Both the position numbers and the translations under genes were made by a program. The notes under the pieces are model-generated. The model ran no database searches and was not told the origin of the DNA. It worked only from the letters and a program-made list of their open reading frames with translations. A DNA stretch of 64,000 bases from the human T2T-CHM13v2.0 reference genome, Homo sapiens, in NCBI RefSeq assembly GCF_009914755.1, contig NC_060945.1; one strand, 5' to 3'. Shown in pieces: positions 55,776 to 64,000 of this stretch. Positions within the stretch are counted from its first letter, which is position 1; each line of letters begins with the position of its first letter.

Positions 55776-56766
55776 ATGTGCATTGTCCAGGAAAAAAGGA
55801 GTCACAACAGCTTTTGTCAAGCACATTGTACACCACCTCTCACCTCTGCAGAGAAACATTGGAATTTAGTCCTGGTTTGGGGGAAACTCAGACTCTCGCA
55901 TCTACAAAGGGCATGGGCCATGCCAGGGCTATGGGCCAAACTCACTATCTTCTTCCCACTCAAGTGAAGGAGGGAAGTGGGGAATGCTCCTCTGTAAGAT
56001 CCCCAAACAAAGAAGTCCTGATTGATAAAACGGCAGGGATGGGAGCCTCAGAAAATGGGATTCCCAAGAGTGAGGGAGGAAGAAGGAAGTGCACAGTCAA
56101 GCAAGGGTTAATCAGACGGCTTTGCATTTTCTGTTATTGCATTTTCTGTTACCGCCCTTCAAAGGTTAATAGATGGGCCATAACAAAGGACTTCCTCAGG
56201 AATACATTTAGGAAATTTTGGGATCAACAAAGTAAGTGTTTTTATCCAGGGCTTTCCAGGCGTGAAGCATATTTCCCAAGCTGGCTTGACATCAGAGTCT
56301 TTTTAGTGGAAGACCTATTGACAACTCACGGATCTCATCCTCCAAGGAAAACAGATGAGAACCCTGCTCTAGGTTGTCAGAAGGCAAACTTCAAAAGAAT
56401 TCAGAGAACATGTGGATAAGAGCCCATGGATAGAGTTGGCTCAGGAGGGATGGGAGGATCTGAAAATTAAAATCTGACAAGAAAAGCTCAAAGGGCACAG
56501 AAGAGGCAGAAGGGCAAGGCAACTCAAGTCAAGACTGCCCATGACAACTTGAGCTGATGCAGACGTGGAGAGTCTGGAGGCAGGCAGGCAACCTTCCCTC
56601 TGTGCTTTTTTTTCAGGGGTTCACTAAATATTTATTGAGCCTATTTTCTGTATCAGGGGCTGAGCCTAGCACAAGCTGGGATGCACCCAAAGGAAGGCAG
56701 TCAGGAGTGGAAAGTTCCGGGATTCTGATGTGGAGAAAGTTGTAGAAAGTAAATATATTTAGTCTG

Positions 56767-57348
56767 TGTCTTAGTCATCTCGGGCTACCATAACAAAATA
56801 CAATTGACTGGATGGTTGAAACAACAGACATTTATTTCTCACAGCTCTGGAGGCTGGGAACTCTAAGATGAACTGTTGGCAGGGGTCAGTTCCTGGTAAG
56901 GGCTCCTTTCCTAGCCTATAGATGGGCAGACCTCTTGCTATATCTTCACTTGGCCTTTCCTCTCTGCATGGAGAGAGAGAGAGAGAGAGAGAAAGTGCTC
57001 TTCCTCTGCTTCTTTTGTTGTTGTTGTTATTGTTGTTTTGAGACAGCATCTTGCTCATGCTGGAGTTCAGTGGCACGATCACAGCTCACTATAATCTCCA
57101 ACTCCTGGGCACAAGGGAGCCTCCCATGTTGACCTTCCAAAGTGCCGGGATTACAAGTATGAGTCTCCACCTCTTCTTCCTCGTCTTCTAAGACCACCTA
57201 TCCTATTGCCCTCATGATGGGCCCCACCTTCATTACCTTATCTAATCCTAAATACCTCCCAAAGTTCTCATCTCCAAATGCCACCACGCTGGGGGTTAGG
57301 GCTTCATCATATAAACCTTGTGGGGACATGAACATTCAGTCTACAGCA
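56767..57348 (-). mobile_element. MLT1A-type solo LTR with a nested Alu monomer
   Basis: TSD GTCTG at 56762-56766 and 57349-57353. Confidence 0.9.
57013..57170 (-). mobile_element. Alu monomer (FRAM/FAM-like) with (TTG)n tail
   Basis: gagacagcatcttgctc...aaagtgccgggattaca. Confidence 0.8.
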
Positions 57349-58384
57349 GTCTGTAGACAAAAGGACAGCTGGGTCCTGACAGTTGCCTTCAGGTGGACAG
57401 TAAATAGGGCAGTGCTAAGACCAACAGGAGGAAATTTGTGACCAGAGACTTGGGGGTCTCACAGCTAAAGCTGCTTAAACATTATAGGGCTTCTGTGTTA
57501 GGTAGCAAGTGCCCTGTCTTTGGAAGCATCCAAGCAGGGGCTGGCAGTTTTCACCTTAAGGTTGTTACAAGTGGGATTCCTATGGAGGTGAGAATTCAGT
57601 TAGAAGCTCCCAGACCCTCCACTTCTACAGTTTTATGTGGGTTCACTCCATAAGCATTTTCTTCCTTTTTAATTCTCTACTGTGTGCCCAGGATGGTTTT
57701 TCTGTCCTGTTTCCAAAGCAGTGTGAGCAGGAGGAGGTTGTAGCCTTGGGTTGACAGATGAGCGTGCTGGGTATACAATCAATATGTGTGCTCAGAATCC
57801 ACACAACAGGCTTGGGTTTCTTGGTAACAGAAGTGCTGGGGAGATGGGGCTGCTCTATTAAAGTTTAGTTTCATAAACCTTATCCACAGAGGGCGATGAA
57901 AACTACAGCACATGGGCAGGTGGCATCAGGAAACCACTGCATGACTGGGCATGGATTTATTGCACTCTTCAATGCTCCTTTATGTGCCACTTACACGCAG
58001 CAAATACCAGCCCTTCGCCCCCAGCCTTTCCTCTTGCAGGGTCACCCATTAATGGAAGAAGGCAGACAGGTATAACTATGTTTCTTCACTTTGGCCAAAT
58101 TCCTCATGGTTTATAGAAAACAGCAAGAGGTAAGGCTTGTGAGAATGGACAAGCTCCAACTGTGGTGGGAGGCAGGCAGGGACACAGCAGGCCAGTCACC
58201 ACGGGCACTTTTAGTGCATTTGCCATGCCCAGCATCCTATTGCTACTAAATCGACTTAAGCTCGACAAAAATAAAAACAGTCTCTGCCTTACAGGCACTT
58301 TAGAGTTTGCAAACTGCCTTCATGCATGGAATGTTTCATAGGACACAAAGAAAAGGCAGCAATATTATTCCATAGTCATAGGGC

Positions 58385-58550
58385 TTGTGTGTGCGTGAGT
58401 GTGTTGTGTGCAAACAAGTGGGCATGCACATTTGTGTGTGTGTGTGCACTCATGAGTGATAGTGCATGTGTGTGGATGCATGTGTGTATGCTCATGTGCC
58501 TGTGTGTTTGTATGCATATGTGGGTCTGTATGTGCATGTGTATTCACGCG
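58385..58550. repeat. Degenerate TG/CA-rich simple repeat
   Basis: Alternating purine-pyrimidine tract. Confidence 0.8.
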
Positions 58551-58709
58551 CTTTTACGCCGGTGCAGGCCTTCACTCTAGATAGTAGAAATAAGAGACCT
58601 GAAGTCTAGCTCCCAGCTCTGTCTCCAAGTAGTTGGGTAACCTGGGAGTTGCTTCACCTCCTTATGCCTTTGGCAGTTTTTGCTGAAAATGTAGGCTTGC
58701 CCCAGAATC

Positions 58710-58900
58710 TAGGAGTTGATAAACTCTTTTCTAGAAAGGGCCAGCTATTAAGTATTTTACTCTTTGCAAGTCCCATGTAGTCTCTGTAATAGTTTTATTT
58801 TCTCCCCAACCTTTTAAAAATGTAAAAGCCATTCTTAGCTCAAGCCTTACAAAAACAAGTGGTCTTGTGGCCCTGGAATAGAGCCTGCAGACCCCTACAG
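58710..58900 (+). mobile_element. MER58-like hAT element
   Basis: aaagggccagct...aaaaatgtaaaagccattcttagctc...gcagacccct. Confidence 0.75.
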
Positions 58901-60833
58901 ATTACCCCTTTTAGCCCCAGCAGGATTGAGCCCCTGCCTAAATGAATGAGTTGTCACTAGCATGCATGCTTCACGTTACTGGGGAGCTTGTCATCTGATG
59001 GTCTTGCTTGACCAAGCACCTAGTGCCAGGTGGGACATGGCTGTGTTTCCAGGTGCCAGGCGGCGGGCACCGTCTTGGCTTCTCTGCCTGGGGGAAGGCT
59101 TATGTAAATGCATTTGAAGTTTCCCTGCTCCCAAAGTCCCGGGCTTCAGAACCAGACAGGCACGGGTCTGAATCCTCATTCTGTCACTTTCTGATTGTTT
59201 AGTGCTTGGAAAGTCATGTCACTACTCTGGAACTTGGACAACTGTGTTCAAAATTGTTCAGATTCCTTTCAGATTTGAAATTGTCAGATTGACTCTTAGT
59301 GATGCTTGACAGTTAAGCATTTTGAATCCCTTGGTAGGTATAAACCTTTAATGTTTGCAGGGGCTAAGAAATAAGTGAGCCCCTGTTGGCTTTCCAGGTT
59401 GGTGACCCCAGAGGACTGGTGTTCAAGGAAGCTGCCTGTTTGCCAGAAGCTGAGCTGCAATCCACAGAGGCATGAATGCTCGTCCACTCACCTGTTCTTC
59501 ATCATGGGATGCATCTGTGGTAAGTCTATGTGTCTCCTGAAAAGTGTTCCAGAAGGTTGGCATCTGTTTAAAAAGTCTAAAGCAATGAAGTCACCTTACT
59601 ACTTTGCTCGTGTAGAAATCTTTCTACTCGGGGAACTGCATGTCAGGATTCTTGATTCTCTAGTATGTCTGGGCCTATAAGCCAGGTGTGTCGTCAGGGC
59701 TCTATGGATGCATTTCCGCACCTCACATCCATCTCACTTAAGAATGCATCAAGTAGCGCAGCAATGGCAGTGCCTTCTGCAGCTTAGAGGGAGGCACAGG
59801 TGTTCACCTTGTTCCTCTCAAGTTCATGGTCATGCTTGCTGGGCTGGCGGGCTACCACGACTGAGACCCTCGTCTCCCTCACTCCTCCTTTCCAGCTTCT
59901 CTCTGCATCTCAGCTTCCTGCCTCCTTTCTGTTTCCATCACAGCCTTCCAGGGAGCATCATCTCTCTGCCCGCATCTGTAGTCTTTTAAAAACTGCTACT
60001 CCATTGTCTACCCTGTTGCTGGGTTAACCTTCCCCAGAAGCCACATTGCCTTCTGCTACCCCAAGTTACCATTTACTCAGAAAACTTTCAGGCCTGCCCA
60101 AAGCCCCAAAGTAAAAGTCAAATTTCACAAAAACTCAGAGTTCCATAGTCTATCTGCCCCCAACCTACCCTTCTATCTTTATCTCAGAATATCTTTATAA
60201 GTAGAGTCACCTGGCTCTCATCCCCAGGGACCTAGGACCACTGGGTCAGGAAGAGGGGCAGACACTGGGCTGAGAGCTGTGGCCTGCAGGAACCCACTGC
60301 TTAAACCAAGCTAGGCTACTTATGGGTCCTAAATAATGTGCGTCTCACTTCTACAGTCAGAATAAAATAATGGAGGGCATTAATTATAAATGACTACCTG
60401 CCCTCCTGCTTCTCAACCTTCTGCTGCAGTTTTCTGCCTCCTTTGCCTTCAATGCTGGTCTAGAGCTTCTTGTTCTCAGAGAAATCTTCTTCCTTTTATC
60501 TCAGCACTTATGGCTGTTATTTCTCTGCCATGCTTTCTGAGCACTGTAGATGGTTCCCTGTGTTGGGATCCATCTGTCTAGCCAGTCCTATCTCATTCTG
60601 TCCATCCTATCCCTGGATTGACTGCACCCTGAGTGCTTGGTGAAGAAACAGGTTAGAATTAATTCTGAACTGAAAATCATTTCCTAGGAAAGGCCACTTC
60701 ATCACATAGCAGGGCTCATGGGGTCCTCTTGGGGGAGGTACAGTGGTGGGGAGCAGAGGAAAGGGTCTGACACAGCCACCTTTGTCAGTATTGCCCCAAA
60801 GCCTGGAAGACATGGACACAGGTGCTTGTGTCT

Positions 60834-61392
60834 TATGGTAGGCAGAATTCAAAGGTGGCCCCCAAGATCCTTGCTGCTTGGGGGACACACACCTGCTCCC
60901 AATTATCCAATCAAATGCTAAACAGAGACTTCTGAGAAGAAGAGATACAATTAAGATTCCCAATGAATTGACTTTAAGAGAGGGAGATGATCCTGTGGGG
61001 GCAGACCTGAGCACTTCAAAGTGACCCCATTCTTCCTTGCAAGAGAGATTTGAAACATGAGAGGGATTCAAAGCATGCAAGCCCACATGGAGGGGACACG
61101 TGGTGAGGCACTGAGACAGCAGTCCCAGGAGGGGAGCACAGTCTCCACCTGACAGCCACAAGAATGGGAATCTCAGTCCTGCAGCCTCAAGGAATTGAAT
61201 TCTGCCAACAGCCACGTGAGTTTGCAAGAGGACCCAGGAATGAATGCAGCCCTGCTAACACCTTGATTTCAGCCTTGGGCAAAGCCCAGCCAAGCCTGCA
61301 CTTCTGACATCTGGAAGCTGTGAGATGATCAATGGATGGTACTGCAAGATGCTAAGTTTGCAGTCACTTGTTATGCAGCAGTAGATGACTAC
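60834..61392 (+). mobile_element. MLT1E/F-type LTR
   Basis: ggtaggcagaattc...ggcccccaagat...aaggaattgaattctgccaaca...ttgttatgcagcagtaga. Confidence 0.85.
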
Positions 61393-62889
61393 TGCATGCC
61401 TTCTGCCCTCCAAACTTGCCTTTCTCGAGGTTATTTTCCTTTATAATTTATTAACACATGGCATCACCAGGCTCATGAATTGCACCAAGGAGTCCTGGGA
61501 AGGCTGTTATCTCTTGGTGGATAAAATGACACGATTTGCTTATTACGGATCCAACAGACATTCTCCCAGAGCAGAGTGGGCTGGAAAGAATGAGGATCCT
61601 CCACTTCTCAAGACTCTTTTTGCTACCTGCTGCCAAAATTCCTAGCCTGTTAACCACAGCTCTCCAAAAAATTGGGGGTAGGGGAAAGCTTATATTTTTT
61701 AAAAACCCAACTCTTGATCTTTTGTTATCAGAGCTCCAAGTTAACCTAACTCTGCACCAGAGGCCTGGGTCATGTTTAATGCTGGACTAGAGTATGCAGC
61801 TGCTCACTCTTACTGAGACACCCTTGGTTTCTCAGTGTTGCCTGGTGACAGCCAGACACCTGGGCACCACCTGCAGGTCCTTGCTGCCATGGACCAGTAG
61901 CTTTTCCCCGAAAGTAAGAAAACAGAGTTAATAATTTGGGTTTGGGGATGGATCATCCTGGGTCTTTCCAAGCTCCTTAAAGAATCTCATGTAATTAGAG
62001 CTAACCTGTCCCAATTTCAAATCAAAAGGTAACATGATTAATATACTCTAAAAATAGAGGTAGCTAAAGGCACTTTTAATAAGGCATCACGCATATAGGC
62101 TACTTTTAAGTATAACCTACGATTAAGTCTCTGGATTTGCCCGCTGAAGGAAGCTGAAATTGAGAACCCCTCTTAACAGACGAAGAGCTGCCTGCTGCCT
62201 CTCCATTTTCACTTTGCAACTCTTCAGCCTCCTTCAAAGCCTAGCTGTCACTCTGGCTTCAGAGCCATTTCTAGAACCTCTGGCTTCCACTTTTTGAGGG
62301 CTGGAATCGTGACTTTCAGGTATCTTTTCCCCAGCCCCTAGCAGTTTGCTGACACACAGAAAGCCCTCAGGGAATGTTGATTTAATTAGTTAAAATTCAA
62401 CTATTTCCCCCACCACCTGATCCAACCTTGTTTTTTTTTTTTTTTTTCTTTTCTAAATTTCACTCATCCTCTGTTCCGGCTGACAGACAGTAGTGTGGGC
62501 CATCCACCCCCACTCCCAGGAAGAAAGCCCTTCCTTCCCTCTCCTACCCTCACCACTGCCTGAAGGCTTCTGAGCCTGCTTGGGAAGCTCAGCTATGGTC
62601 TCCTGGTGACCAAGGAGTTTCCTGCATCCTGTTATCCCCTGCTGAGAACTTTGGTCAAGTCACCCTTGTGTGGGAGGCTCCCAAAGTGAAATAACTCTTA
62701 GACCAACCTTGTAAAGAACCACGGTAGGGCTGCTCTGTTTTATAGCCATACCTTACCCCAGAGTTAGCACAGGGTCCTGTATTGACTAACCCTCCCCCAG
62801 CCCCATCCTCATGCCTGGTTATGAATCCCAGGTTGGCTTCCTGCAAAACCAAGCCCCTTCCAAGTCGGGTTATAGTTTTCAGTGGTTGC

Positions 62890-63290
62890 TATCATGCATC
62901 CACTCCTCAAATCTTTTTTAAGTGCCCCTTATAGGCCAGTTACTGTTCCAGGTACTGAAACTCAGCAGTGAATAAGACAAAGTCCTTGCCTTCATGGAGC
63001 TTGCATTTTGGTGGGAGATAAAAGCCAGAAATAACAGCTGTGTATTCTAGCTGTAACCTAAATCTCAGGAAATGTTACGTGCTGTAAATTCAAGATGTGT
63101 AAGAAGATAATGAGTGATGTGTGGTGGTGATTTTAGGGTGGTCTGGGATCCCCTCTCTGATGAGATGACCTTCAAGAAGAAACAGGATGGATGTGAAGGG
63201 GCAAATTTTACAAAGTTCTGGGGAAAAAGGTGATCTGGAGAGGGATCTGTAAGTGCAAAGATCCTGAGGTTAGAACAAACTTGACTTCCA
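62890..63290 (-). mobile_element. L2 3' fragment
   Basis: cagcagtgaataagacaaagtccttgccttcatggagctt. Confidence 0.75.
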
Positions 63291-64000
63291 GCCCTTCACC
63301 ATGAAAAATGCCTCAATGATTGAATATAGCTTCTCTTTTTCCTATCCTGCAGAATGTGGAAGGAAAGTCACGGGAGCTGGGTCAAGGCAAAGGAAGACAA
63401 GATCAGAGGAAGCCTTCACCTGCTTGTTGGGCAGGTGGCCTCTGAAGCTGTGTGGGCCTGAGGCAGTCAGCCAGGCTGGCCAGACCAAGGCTTGTTGCTG
63501 CCATAGCTGGAGCTGTGTAGGGAAGGTGGGATGAGATGCCATGGGACTCCTGGTCACTCTGAGACAGGCTGTTCCCAATTGTCTCCATGACAGGCCCATG
63601 AAAACCAAGGCTGGCTATTCTGGACTTAGTGGGGTTGATGGGGATTGCAGGTGGTGTGTGTAACACAGGCAGCCTCACTACATGGTGCGTGTGATTTTGG
63701 GGTGCTGGTAACCCTTTCTGATTCCCCTCAGACACTTTCCTCTCTCTCTTCTTCTACTGCTCCCACATCATTCTCAGTAATTCCCTTTTCCCCTTCAGCC
63801 TCTCCATCATTCAAACCACAGGCTGAAGCTAATTGGCCCAGGAACAAAAAGAACACTACAAGAACAGATAGCAACATTCTTAGCTTTGACACCCCAGATA
63901 GTCTTGGAAGTCTGGGTTTTGGAATACAAGGGCCAGATGGATTTTTTTTAAGTTCTCCAAAGGTTGACTTTGGAACCAGGCACTAGACCTTGGAAAACTT

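Noticed and set aside
60607-61227. 206-aa minus-strand ORF
   Set aside because: Mostly the antisense of an MLT1 LTR, with a non-ATG start and no recognisable domain.

Overview
Primate, very probably human, genomic DNA from inside KCNJ6 (GIRK2/Kir3.2; chr21q22.13 from recall), transcribed on the minus strand. The only coding sequence I can support is the 52-nt start-codon exon at 16179-16230 (27 nt 5'UTR plus 25 nt CDS, MAKLTESM+phase 1). Higher coordinates are the upstream intron and lower coordinates the downstream intron. The rest is intronic DNA with a dense repeat load (MaLR/ERVL solo LTRs, Alu, L1, L2, MIR, hAT transposons, microsatellites); repeat subfamily names are by-eye assignments. 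No ORF in the supplied track looks like a host gene. I see no evidence of a new multi-gene system. The best leads are small-scale: a recurring hairpin-templated (quasi-palindrome) edit signature in four repeats, three at LTR termini; a short interstitial telomere array in MIR-like sequence; an L1 with an inverted 5' micro-duplication; candidate poison and uORF cryptic exons of KCNJ6; and an antisense 168-codon ORF.
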